A DNA stretch of 64,000 nucleotides from the human T2T-CHM13v2.0 reference genome, Homo sapiens, in assembly GCF_009914755.1 (NCBI RefSeq), contig NC_060928.1. One strand, written 5' to 3'. Below, piece after piece: positions 40,279 through 52,479 of the stretch. Every line of letters begins with the position of its first letter. The stretch's first letter is position 1. The notes beneath the pieces were generated by a model that was given only the letters and a program-made list of their open reading frames with translations, was not told the DNA's origin and did no database searches. The translations under genes were made by a program, and so were the position numbers.

Positions 40279-41853
40279 ATGGGTAAGGCACAAAGTAAGC
40301 CCACCCCATTGGGAACTATGTTAAAGAATTTCAAGAAAGGATTCAAAGGAGACTACGGAGTCACTATGACTCCAGGAAAACTTAGAACTTTGTGTGAAAC
40401 AGATTGGGCAGAATTAGAGGTAGGTTGGCCATCAGAAGGAAGCCTGGACAGGTCTCTTGTTTCAAACATATGGCACAAAGTAACTGGCAAACCAGGGCAC
40501 CCAGATTAGTTCCCATATAGAGATTCCTGGTTACAGCTAGTTTTAGATCCCCCGCAGTGGTTAAGGGGACAGGCAGCAGCAGTACTAGTAGCAAAGGGAC
40601 AGTTAGTTAAGGAAGGTTCTTGCTCCGCCTGCTGAGGGAAGCCAGCCCCTAAAGTTCTGTCTGACCCAGAGCCCGAAGACTTGTGGCAGGAGATGGCACC
40701 AACAGTGCCCCCCCTTACCAAGTGGAGAGGCCCCCTACTCCTGAGCCCACAGCCCTTAGACCACCCAAAGTAGACAATAAAGGAAGTAAAGCTGCAGGAG
40801 AAACTCCTCCCTCGGCGGGTCACTTACGGCCCAAGGCTGGAATCCAAATGCCCCTGAGAGAGCAGCGATATACTGGGATAGATGAGGACAGACACATGGT
40901 GGAAAGGCATGCCTTTGTGTATCACCCTTTCACCTCTGCTGACCTCCTCAATTGGAAAAATAGCACTCCATCTTACACTGAATAGCCTCAAGCTCTAATT
41001 GACTTGCTCCAAACAATTATCCAGACTCATAATCCTACTTGGGCTGATTGCCACCAGCTACTTATGTACCTCTTTAACACAGATGAAAGACGAAGGGTGC
41101 TCCAGGCGGCAACTAAATGGCTAGAGGAGCACGTCCATGCCGATTACCAAAATCCCCAGGAATACATAAGAATTCAGCTGTCAGGAATGGACCCTCAATG
41201 GGATCCGAATGAAGGACCAGATATGGAGAGGCTAAGACGATACCGGGAGGCATTAATTGAAGGTCTGAAAAAAAGGGGCTCAAAAGTCCACCAGTGTAAA
41301 TAAAGTTTCTGAAGTCATCCAAGAAAAGGAGGAAAGCCCAGCCCAATTCTTTGAAAGACTGTGTGAGGCCTATCGTATGTACACTCCTTTTGATCTGGAT
41401 AGTGCTGAAAATCAGTGTATGATTAACATGGCCTTAGTTAGTCAAAGTGCGGAAGATATCCAAAGGAAATTATAAAAAAAAAACGGCTGGTTTTGCAGGA
41501 ATGAATACCTCGCAGTTACTGGAGATAGCTAATCAAGTATTCATAAATAGAGATCAACAAGCTGCCAAGAAAGCCATAAGGAGGGCGAACGCCAGGCCAG
41601 GTGGAACATTGATTTGCTGGCTGCAGCAATTAGGGGAATCTCCCCCTAGGGACAGGGAAAGGGGGATTCCGGGATGAATGCCCAGTCCAATCACTCCCAT
41701 CTGCAGCATAATCAATGTGCCTACTGTAAAGAAATAGGACATTGGAAAGATAAATGTCCCCAACTAAATGAGAAGCAAGGAGATGCAGAGCAAAAGACCA
41801 CAGATAAAGACGAAGGGACTTTGTTCAATCTGGCCAAAGGGCTACTACAGTGA
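40279..41853 (+). pseudogene. gag: HERV-E gag, disrupted
   Basis: MGKAQSKPTPLGTMLKNFKKGF matrix start, capsid (SADLLNWK, QTHNPTWADC), zinc knuckle CAYCKEIGHWKDKC at 41716-41757. Stops at 40507, ~40633 and 40983 plus frameshifts. Terminal TGA 41851. Confidence 0.93.
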
Positions 41854-44800
41854 AGGGGACTGGGCTCAAATGCCCCCAAGGAGCCCATGGTCAGGATGAC
41901 AATAAGGAGTAAGGACATTGAATTTTTGGTCGATACCAGTGCCGAACACTCAGTAGTAACCACCCCAGCGGCCCCCTTATTTAAGAAAACCATTGATATA
42001 ATCGGAGCAACAGGGTCTCTGCCAAGCAGGTTTTCTGCCTACTGTGGACCTGCTCATTAGGAGGACACAAAGTAACCCATCAATTTCTGTATGTGCCTAA
42101 CTTCCCCTTGCCTTTGTGAGGGAGAGACTTGCCTAGCAAGCTGAGAGCTACTATTTCCTTTACAAAACAGCGCTCTATACAGCTGAAGTTACCGGGAACA
42201 GGAGTTATGGCCCTTACGGTCCCCCAAGAAGAAGAATGGAGGCTTTTTCTAATCGAGCCAGGTCAGGAGATTAAACCGGCTCTAGCTAAGCAATGATCCC
42301 GTGTATGGGTGGAGGACAATCCTCCAGGGCTGCCAATCAATCAAGCCCCTGTACTCACAGAAGTTAAGCCTGGGGTCCAGCCAATCAGACAAAAGCAGTA
42401 TCTGGTTCCCAGGGAAGCTCTTGAAGGAATACAGGCTCATCTTAGATGCTTGAAAGCTTTTGGAATTATAGTTCCTTGCCAGTCTGCATGGAACACCCCC
42501 TCCTACCTGTCCCCAAGCCAGGGACCAAGGACTATTGACCCATACAGGACTTATGCTTGGTTAACCAAGCTATCGTGACTCTGCACCCAACTGTTCCTAA
42601 CCATTACACACTGTTGGGATTGCTGCCGGCTGAGGAGGGCTGGTTCACCACTTGCCTGGACTTGAAGGATGCCTTCTTTATCATCAGACTAGCTGCTGAG
42701 AGCCAAAAGCTGTTTGTCTTTCAGTGGCAAGACCCGGGGTCAGGTGTCACCACTCAGTACACTTGGACTCAGCTTCCCCAAGGGTTCAAAAATTCCCCCA
42801 CCATCTTCGGGGAGGCATTGGCTCAAGACCTCCAGAAGTTTCCTGCTAAAGGCCTAGGCTGTGTCTTGCTCCAGTATATGGACGACCTTCTGCTGGGACA
42901 CTTCGTGGCATCGGGTGTGCAAAAGGGATGGATGCCCTACTTCAGCACCTGAAGGACTGTGGATATAAGGTGTCCAAGAAGAAAGCTCAGATCTGCAGAC
43001 AGGGGAGCGCAGCCTGGGGTCAGAAAGAAAGCAGGTCATCTGCAGTCTACTGGAACCTAAAACCAGAAGGCAAGTAAGGGAATTTCTAGGAGCTGTGGGG
43101 TTTTGCAGATTATGGATTCCAACTTTGCTGTGCTAGCCAAACCATTGTATGGGGCTACAAAGGGGGGCGAATGGGAGCCCTTTGAATGGAGGCCTCTACA
43201 ACAGCAAGCCTTTTGTAAGTTAAAAGAAAAACTTATGTCAGCCCCAGCTCTGGGACTACCAGATTTGACCAAGCCCTTCACACTTTATGTGTCAGAAAGA
43301 GAAAAAATGGCATTCGGAGTTTTAACTCAAACTGTGGGGCCCTGGCCAAGACCAGTGGCCTACCTCTCAAAACAGCTAGACGGAGTTTCAAAAGGCTGGC
43401 CTCCATGTCTGAAAGCCATGGCAGCTACAGCCCTGTTAGCACAAGAAGCAGATAAGCTAACTCTTGGGCAAAACTTAAATATAAAGGCCTCCCATGTGGT
43501 GGTAACTTTAATGAATACCAAAGGACACCATTGGATAACGAATGCTAGATTAACAAAGTACCAAAGCTTATTGTGTGAAAACCCCTCCATAACCACTGAA
43601 CTCTATAATACTTTAAATCCTGCCACCTTGCTCCCAGTATCAGACAGCCCTGTTGAACATAACTGTGTAGAGGTGTTGGACTCAGTCTATTCTAGCAGAC
43701 CCGATCTTCAAGACCAGTCATGGGCATCAGTAGACTGGGACTTATACACGGATGAGAGCAGCTTCATCAACCCACGAGGAGAAAGATGTGCAGGATATGC
43801 GGTGGTAACCTCGGATAATGTTATTGAAGCCAAGTCATTGCCTCAGGGCACTTCGGTCCAGAAAGCAGAACTTATTGCTTTAACTCAGGCTCTAGAACTC
43901 AGTGAAGGTAAAACTATAAACATTTATACTTACTCTCGATATGACTTTCTAACCCTTCAAGTACATGGGGCATTATATAAAGAAAAAGCCCTGTTAAATT
44001 CTGGGGGAAAGGACATAAAATATCAACAAGAAATTCTACAATTATTTGAGGCAGTGTGGAAACCGCAAAAGGTGGCAGTCATGCATTGCAGGGGACACCA
44101 GTGAGATTCCACCTCAGTGAGCTGAGGAAACTCCCGAGCAGACACAGAGGCATGAAAAGCAGCATCGACTCCCTACCGGGCATCAGTCACAGCCCCTCTA
44201 CTCCCTCAAACACCTGCTCTGGTCCCTATTTATTCTAAAGAGGAAAAAGACTTTCTTCAGGCAGAGGGAGGACAAACAATAAAAGAAGGATGGATAAAGT
44301 TACCAGATGGGAGAATAGCTGCTAGGAGCCGCAGTCGTGCTAGCTGTACATGAAACTACCCATTTAGGCCAAGAGTCACTTGAAAAGCTGTTAAGCCGGT
44401 ACTTCTACATCTCACACTTGCCAGCTCTTACTAAAACAGTAGTGCAGCGATGCATTACCTGTCAACAGCACAATGCAAAGCAAGGCCCCTCTGTTCCTCC
44501 CAGCATACAAGCCTATGGAGCAGCTCCTTTTGAAGATCTTCAAGTGGACTTCTCAGAGATTCCCTAATGCGGAGGTAACAAGTATTTACTGATTCTAGTG
44601 TGTACTTACTCTGGGTGGGTAGAGGCTTATCCGACACAAACTGCAAAAGCTGGTGAAGTAACCCGTGTGCTTCTTAGAGATCCCATCCCTAGGTTTGGAC
44701 TGCCTCTATGGATCGGCTCAGATAATGAGCCGGCATTTGTGGCTGACTTAGTACAGAAGACAGCAAAGGTACTGGGAATCACATGGAAGTTACATGCTGC

Positions 44801-45394
44801 CTACCGACCTCAGAGTTCCGGAAAGGTGGAGCGAATGAATCGGACTATCAAAAATAGTTTAGGGAAAGTATGTCAAGAGACAGGATTAAAATGGATACAG
44901 GCCCTTCCTATGGTATTGTTTAAAATTAGGTGTACCCCTTTAAGAAAACAGGATACTCCCCTTATGAAATATTATATCATAGGCCTCCTCCTATACTGCG
45001 AGGACTTCCGGGTACTCCCCAAGAGTTGGGTGAAATTGAATTGCAGTGACAGCTACAGGCCTTGGGGAAAATTACTGAGACAATCGCAACTTGGGTAAAT
45101 GAGAGGTACCCTGTCAGCTTATTCTCCCCAGTTCACCCTTTTTCTCCAGGTGACCGTATGTGGATCCAGGACTGGAACGTAGCCCCTTTGCGGGCACAGT
45201 GGAAAGGACCCCAGACCATTATCCTGACCACTCCCACAGCTGTAAAGGTGGAAGGAATCCCGGCCTGGATTCACCACAGCTGCTTAAAGCCTGCAGCCAC
45301 TGAAACCTGGGAGGCCAAACCAAGCCTGGACAATCCCCGTAAAGTGACCATGAGGAGGACCACAAGCCCTGCTTCAGTCACACCCAGAAGCTGA
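41854..45394 (+). pseudogene. pol: HERV-E pro-pol (protease, RT, RNase H, integrase), disrupted
   Basis: Protease FLVDTSA (DTG mutated). RT LDLKDAFF, LPQGFKNSP, YMDD (42875-42886). RNase H LYTDESS, QKAELIAL. IN HETTH..CITC, SDNEPAF, SGKVERMN, WKGP. Many stops and frameshifts. Confidence 0.95.
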
Positions 45395-45416
45395 CTGATC
45401 TACACATGGTGGAAGC

Positions 45417-47470
45417 ATGAGGAAAATCGTCGTGGGACTTATTTTCCTCATGACACGGACTTGTGTGGTAAAAGCTTCCACTGCTTCTTCCCACACAGAG
45501 GACTGCTTTCAGTGCATGCATCAGATCACTGAGGTAGGACAACAAGTTAAGACAATCTTTTTGTTCTATAGTTTTTATAAGTGCCCAGGAACTCGAAAAG
45601 GAACCTGTTTATATAATAACACTCAGTACAAAGTATGTAATCCAAGAAGTGATCAGCCAGATGTGTGCTATGACCCCTCTGAACCTCCCATGATCACGGT
45701 TTTTGAAATAAGACTAAGCACTGGTCCTTTTCTAGGTGACACAAGTAAAGTAATAGCTAGAACAGAAGAAAGAGGGGTCCCCAAACATGAAACTCTAAAA
45801 TTTGACACTTGGGCCACTATTAATAGTAATCAGCAAGGACTAGGATGCTGTTCTAGAGATTGGGAAAAGAGTTACACAGCAGGAAATAAGTATGTCTGCC
45901 ATGAATCATATTCATGTACAAATGTGTGTCAGTACTGGTCTTGTATCATCTGGGCTACTTGGAAAAAAGATTAAAAAGATATTGTTTGGCTCCAAAAAGG
46001 AAAAAGCAGCCCCTCCTGCACAAATGGAAGCTGCTACCCTTTAGAATTAATAATTATAAATCCCTCAGACCCAAAGTGGGAAAAAGGAGAGCACGTATCT
46101 CTAGGCATTGATGGAAAAGGACTAGATCCTAGAGTAAATATCTTAATAAAAGGGGAGGTTCAAAAATGCTCTCCAGAGCCAGTATTTCAGACTTTCTATG
46201 ATGAACTAAATGTGCCAGTACCTGAGATTCCAGGAAAAACTAGAAATTTGTTTTTGCAATTAGCCGAGCATGTAGCACAGTCTTTAAAAGTCACTTCATG
46301 TTATGTCTGTGGAGGAACTGTAACAGAAGATCAATGGCCATGGGAAGACTGAGAATTAGTCCCTACGGACCCAGTTCCTGATGAATTCCCAGCCCAAAAG
46401 AACCACCCTGACAATTTCTGGGTTCTAAAAGTCTCAGTTACTGGGCAATATTGCATAGCTAGAGAAGGAAAATAATTCACTCATCCTGTAGGATTGCTTA
46501 GTTGTCTTGGACAGAAACTGTATAATGGTACCATAAAAACAGTTACATGGTGGAGTTCAAACCACACAGAAAAAAAAATCCATTCAGTAAATATCCAAGA
46601 TTACAGGCCATTTGGGCCCATCCAGAATTGCACCGGGACTGGACAGCCCCTACTGTGTTATACTGGATATGTGGACACAGAGCCTATGCTAAGCTACCTG
46701 ATCAGTGGACAGGTAGTTGTGTAATTGGCAGTATTAAACCATCTTTCTTCCTACTGCCCATAAAAACAGGCAAACTCCTAGGATTCCCTGTCTATGCTTC
46801 CTGCGAAAAGCGAAGCCTAGCCATAGGTAACAGGAAAGATGATGAATGGCCCCCTGAAAGAAATATACAATACTAGGGGCCCACCACTTGGGCACAAGAT
46901 GGCTCATAGGTATATCAGATCCCCATCTACATGCTCAACCAAATCATATGGTTACAAGCTGTTTCAGAAATTATTACTAATAAAACCGGTCCAGCCTTGA
47001 CTGTTCTTGTCCGGCAAGAGACTCAGATGAGAAATGCTATCTACCAAAATAGACTAGCTCTCAACTACTTGCTAGCAGCTGAAGGAGGGGTTTGTGGAAA
47101 ATTTAACCTTACTAATTGCTGTCTACACATAGATTATCAGGGGCAATTAGCTGAAGACATAGTTAAAGATATAACAAAACTGGCACATGTACCTGTGCAA
47201 GTGTGGCAGGGATTTGATCCTGGGGCCATGTTTGGAACTTGGTTCCCAGCAATAGGAGGATTTGAAACTCTTATAATAGGAGTTATAATAGTAATAGGAA
47301 CCTGCTTACTACTCCCTTGTTTGCTACCTGTACTTCTTCAAATGATAAAAAGCTTCATTGCTACCCTAGTTCACCAGAATGCTTCAGCACAAGTATATTA
47401 TATGAATCACTATCAATCTATTGCACAGGAAGACATAAGTAGTGAAAATGAAAGTGAGAACTCCCACTAA
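45417..47470 (+). pseudogene. env: HERV-E env, disrupted
   Basis: Signal peptide MRKIVVGLIFL, SU CYVC (~46298), degenerate furin site (CEKR), [31 protein letters not shown] and hydrophobic TM. Stops at 45972, ~46350, 46874 and ~46907. Confidence 0.93.
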
Positions 47471-47489
47471 TAAAATAAGTGAGGGTCTC

Positions 47490-47501
47490 AAAGGGGGGAA
47501 A
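47490..47501 (+). promoter_or_regulatory. Polypurine tract
   Basis: aaaggggggaaa abutting the 3' LTR. Confidence 0.9.
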
Positions 47502-47993
47502 TGAGAGAAGAGAGAAAGAGACACCCCCATGTTGTTTTATGCTCAGTACCTGTTTTAAGAAGAAACAAGGAAGCAAAACCAAAGGCAGGCAGCCCAGCAC
47601 CAGGCACCAGACCCAAAACCAGACCCAAAACCAGGCCTGGGCCTGCCAGACCTAACCTGGTAGTTAAAATTCAACCCATGACCTAGCAACTGATGTTATC
47701 CATAGATTCCAGACATTGTATGGAAGGACATTGGGAAACTTCCCGTTCTGTTCTGTTTCACTCTGACTACCAGTGCATGCAGCCCCTGTCACATACCCCC
47801 TAGATTGCTCAATCAAGCACGGCCCTTTCATGTAAAATCTTCAGCATTGTGAGCCCTTAAAAGGGAGAGAAATTGTGCACTCGAGAAGCTCAGATTTTGA
47901 GACATTAGTCTGCTGTTGCTTCCAGTTGATTAAAGCCACTTCCTTCACTTCCTCGGTGTCTGTGAGGTTTTGTCCTCTGCTCGTCCTGCTACA
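47502..47993 (+). promoter_or_regulatory. 3' LTR (492 bp)
   Basis: Direct repeat of the 5' LTR, ATTAAA at 47929-47934. Confidence 0.95.
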
Positions 47994-48899
47994 GCCCAGG
48001 CTGTTGAACTCCTGGGCTCCAGCGATCCACCCACCTTGGCCTCCCAAAGTGCTGAGATTACAGGCATGAGCCACCACACCCAGCTGAGTTATTTTAAAAT
48101 TGTTTTATCAAATCCCTGTGATAAACTATTGGCAAAGGTGACAGGACTCAACAAAAGAAATGACATGAGCTCTCTGTGAACAGGAGCTTTGTTGAAAAGA
48201 GAAAAGCAAACACATATGATAATGTAGGACGGAATGTGAAATTTTGGGTAAGTACATATTCACTTTCAAGCCTGATCTTACAAATAAATTCTTATTAATT
48301 AGCATTTTCTATTAACAGAAAATCAATTGAATTAACTAGTAGTCTTTCTGAATGGTTTTATCCTAATTCCTATGGTTTATGTGTCTTAGAATTGCTCAAC
48401 AAATACAGTTTAATTTTAATTTCGGGTCCTGGCTTAAGATCTGAATTCAAGTACACCTCTTTTAAACTTATACCTGTTGTCAATCCCAATTTTATTGAAT
48501 GATTCCTGTATCTGCTCCTGCATTGGAACTTTCAAGTCTTTTTTAGATTATATAATCTTAATAAAAAAAATTTTTAAGCAGAAAAAAAGTAATATTCTTA
48601 GTCAGAAAAAAGTAGTTAAATATGTAACTTAGTCAGAAAAAAATAGTTAAATATGTAAGAATGAATGTATAACTACTTGGGAATATTATATTGTAAAACC
48701 AGTCAGTTTTTGAAAAATGTAATTATTATTGTAATTAAAATTTATATGAGAAAAACCAATATCTAACAGCTTAGCTCAACAAGAAGGAAATGTAAAAGAA
48801 AATGTGTGAAAGACAATTTATAGTCTTCAAATTCAAATTAAAAATCATTTAATATTTTAAAATACCCCTCTAAAACTGTATGAAAAGCTTAGATGCACT

Positions 48900-49458
48900 A
48901 TATATATATAAACACGGTTATATATATATGTATATATATAAAATATAGAGTTTATATGTGTATATATATAAAATATAGAGTTTATATGTGTATATATATA
49001 AAATATAGAGTTTATATGTGTATATATATAAAATATAGAGTTTATATGTGTATATATATAAAATATAGAGTTTATATGTGTATATATATAAAATATAGAG
49101 TTTATATGTGTATATATATAAAATATAGAGTTTATATATGTATATATAAAATATAGAGTTTTATATATGTATATATAAAATATAGAGTTTTATATACGTG
49201 TATATATAAAATATAGAGGTTTATATACGTGTATATATAAAATATAGAGGTTTATATATGTGTATATATAAAATATAGAGGTTTATTTATGTGTATATAT
49301 AAAATATAGAGGTTTATATATGTGTATATATAAAATATAGAGGTTTATATATGTGTATATATAAAATATAGAGGTTTATATATGTGTATATATAAAATAT
49401 AGAGGTTTATATATGTGTATATATAAAATATAGACTTTTATATATGTGTATATATATA
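48900..49458. repeat. AT-rich minisatellite, 29-30-bp unit (tatatgtgtatata(ta)taaaatatagag(g/t)tt), ~18 copies
   Basis: Direct observation. The first copies are exact 30-mers and align in 60-nt lines. Confidence 0.97.
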
Positions 49459-49927
49459 CAATTGACTAAATTTAGAGTAATAGATAAAAGAATGTAAATA
49501 GAAATATCAACAAAAGTCAAAATTCGGTTATGTCTCGCAGTCAGATAATTGCTCTATTGTGTATCAGGAGAGAAGTTGTAGCACATAAGAGATAGAAAAA
49601 AAATCCAAAAAATCATTTTTTTCATTTATGTAACACCAACACATCATAGAGGGAAATTTTGTTATCCCAATATTATGAAAGAATATACAGATACCAGAAA
49701 ACTTAAATATGTTTTATTATTTTCTAGCTTTGCAATCATTTCTATTTCTATTGGATATCCTGTGTGAATACTAACCAGGATGTTAAATTGGAAATAGAAA
49801 ATTAGAAAGGATAATGCATTAAATTTACTACCAACCCATACCTCAGTTCTGATCTGTTTTATTTAATTCAGTATTCTTAGTTCTTAAAATTTTGCAAATT
49901 ACCTTAGGCATCATCATCCAACTGTGA

Positions 49928-50288
49928 CTTTTTTTTTTATAATTTCAACTTTTATTTTACATTCAATGGGTACACGTGGCAGATTTGTTACATGGGTATA
50001 TTATGTGATGCTAAGGTTTGGTGTATGATTGATCCCATCACCCAGGTAGTGAGCATAGTACCCAACAGTTTTTCAACCCTTGTCCCTCTCCCTTCCCTTC
50101 TAGTACTCCCCAGCATCCATTGTTGCTATCTTTATGTCTGTGAATACCCAATACTTATCTCCTACATGTGAGTGATAACATGTGATATTTGGTTTTCTAT
50201 TCCTGCATTAATTTGCTTAAGATAATGGCCTCCAGCTGCATCCATGTTGCTGCAAAGGACATGATCTTACTGTTTTTTAGGGCTGCAC
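49928..50288 (-). mobile_element. LINE-1 3' end (L1PB-type)
   Basis: Poly-T then 'caacttttatttta...gcctccagctgcatccatgttgctgcaaaggacatg'. Possible TSD ct(g/c)tgacttttt. Confidence 0.92.
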
Positions 50289-51064
50289 ATCTCTGACTTT
50301 TCTAATACCACGTGTATTGGACTATTTTAATATTAATTAGGTTATTAAAATCTATGTTCCCAGAATCCCATTCTAGAAGAGAGTTGGTCAAAAGTGAAAG
50401 TATGCAAGATTTTGGAGGCAGCAGTAAAGAAGCAATCATTTTTCTCTAAAGGTTTTTGTTGGTTAGAGAAAAATGAAAGGCTGATAGAGATGGCCTAGTT
50501 GAAACTACTTTGCTTCTGCTCTTTCCTGAATTTCTACGTGCTCTTTTTTCTAAGTGCTCATCCTGCTGATATAACATTTACCATTAGCTCAAAGACACAT
50601 CTATTTGCAAATTCAGGAAAGCAGTAGTCACAAAGAACCAACATTCTGCCACATACTTTAATACCATGCTACTGTCAGAATTATTTTCCAGCAGGTAGAG
50701 AATACAGCTTCTAGTGTCCCTGAAAACCCCAATTCTATCACCTATACCAGGGCTAGTTACTGAGCTCTGTCTAACGTTTCTAACCCCCTTTCCAGACCTT
50801 TACTTTTCTAGATCTTCCATAATTTTGTAATATATAAATCCTTATTCCATAATATCTATGGTGATCCATGCTTTGCTAATTGAACTCTGACTGACCCAGT
50901 ATTTAAGTATAAAATTCTGTTAAGTTCTATTGTTTATAGCTTCTTATACCATCATAATTACTTTTTTGCCTTCTTCATTGTCTTAATTTAGTTGTACTAC
51001 TAAAATAGCTTTCTTTATTTAGCCTAAACTGAGTTGGGAAAAGTAAAACCATCAAGCATGTCTC

Positions 51065-51237
51065 TGATTTCTCAATCAGGCTACTTATTAGAACCATCTG
51101 GGGAACTTCCCAAAAAATGTAGATACTTGGAATCCATTGCAGATCCTTAAAATTGGAATCATTTCATGTAGATTATAGTATATATTTTTAAAATTTAGCA
51201 GTAAGTCTAAAAGATCAGCCATGTTTACAAACCATGA
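51065..51237. mobile_element. MER5-type hAT MITE
   Basis: 'tgatttctcaa...attagaaccatctggggaactt' and 'cagccatgtttacaaaccatg' termini. Confidence 0.6.
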
Positions 51238-52479
51238 AGGTATGAAATTACAATTAGATGGATGCTACATGATAGTAATATGGATTTGAATCTTAGTTTG
51301 TCTAATATGCAACTTGAGATTGTTTCCTAATCTCTCTAAATTTTAGTTTTCTCAAGTTAAAATATAAATAATAACATTATCTATTACAGTAGTAATGGAG
51401 CAGATTACAAAGTAACAGTTGCTTTGCCCACCAGAGTAATTGTTACAGTTAACTAAATTAAAGATTATTAAAAACCCAATAACAAGTATCAGTCACACTG
51501 CTATAATAGTGTCAGTCTGAAACAATATGTGAGCAGTGAGCTCTACAACTTGAATATCTCCAATTTATCCCACTGTTGGCACTGACTAAAGAAAAAACAA
51601 AACAAAACAAAAAACAAACAAATGTTACATGTTTCATGTATCTTCCCACAAAAGTATTAGTTATTCTAGTAATCCTATGTTACCCATGCTAGAAAATTTG
51701 AAACTCTCTTTAAATTCTTTCTCACTATTATTATTATTTGTTTTCCATGCCAGGGTATATCAGTGACAAAATGACAAACATACATGTTCACATGGAACTT
51801 ACATTTTAGTGGGGAAAGAAGAAAAATAAAATATTTGAGAAAATACAATATGTTAGAAAGTGATCATTGCAAAACGGGAAAATAGAGCAAGAAGTATAGA
51901 AGAAATGCTAGCTTTGCAGGAACACAGATAAAAGAAAAAAATGGCTTCATATTGTATCTAGGCAACAGGATCATGAAAAATATTATTAAAAGTTTCTATA
52001 ATTGACATATGCAGTGGAGTTCATATTACCACTTTATTATAGTGCTAATTTTTTTAGAAAAATGTTATTAAAATACTAACATTGAACTAAGCATAAAGTT
52101 TTAAATATAAAATATTATTTTGCAAGAAATTCTGTATATAGTTATACAAATAAAATATAACAGAGGCTAATGGTGACAACTAAACTCATTGCTTCCTTCT
52201 TAAATTGTAAAACCAACAACATTTAAATAATGTTCATGCATATTACTTATTATATTGTTGCCAATCTGGTAAATAAAATGAAGCGTGGTAATTTACAGAA
52301 GGAAAGAAGAGAAAAAAATGACAATTACATTCATGTAATCTGAAAATTCTGCTCCAGATTATGGATGTATTTATTTTTCAGCATTGAATTAGGATTCAAA
52401 AAGTGTATTGTTAAAACAACCACATTTTAACACTCCATATCTGACTAACAACTTTTTGTAAATGAAAAAAACAGAGACA

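Larger units (their letters stand above)
39245..47993 (+). mobile_element. Full-length defective HERV-E provirus (LTR2B-type LTRs)
   Basis: Paired TG...CA LTRs, tRNA-Glu PBS, gag/pro/pol/env relics, PPT and 4-bp TSD gccc (39241-39244, 47994-47997). Confidence 0.95.

Noticed and set aside
43103-44104. 333-aa pol ORF as a functional RT/RNase H
   Set aside because: It lacks the RT catalytic core in frame, is flanked by frameshifts and stops, and its RNase H motifs are altered (DES, TYS).
48597-48658. 31-bp tandem duplication (similar 16-bp case at ~13110-13142 and 15-bp case at ~62491-62524)
   Set aside because: Common slippage duplications with no further structure.
48893-49156. 87-aa ORF with (YRVYMCIYIK)n repeats, or a CRISPR-like array
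   Set aside because: It is the translation of a 30-bp minisatellite. The units are head-to-tail with no unique spacers, and the DNA is eukaryotic.
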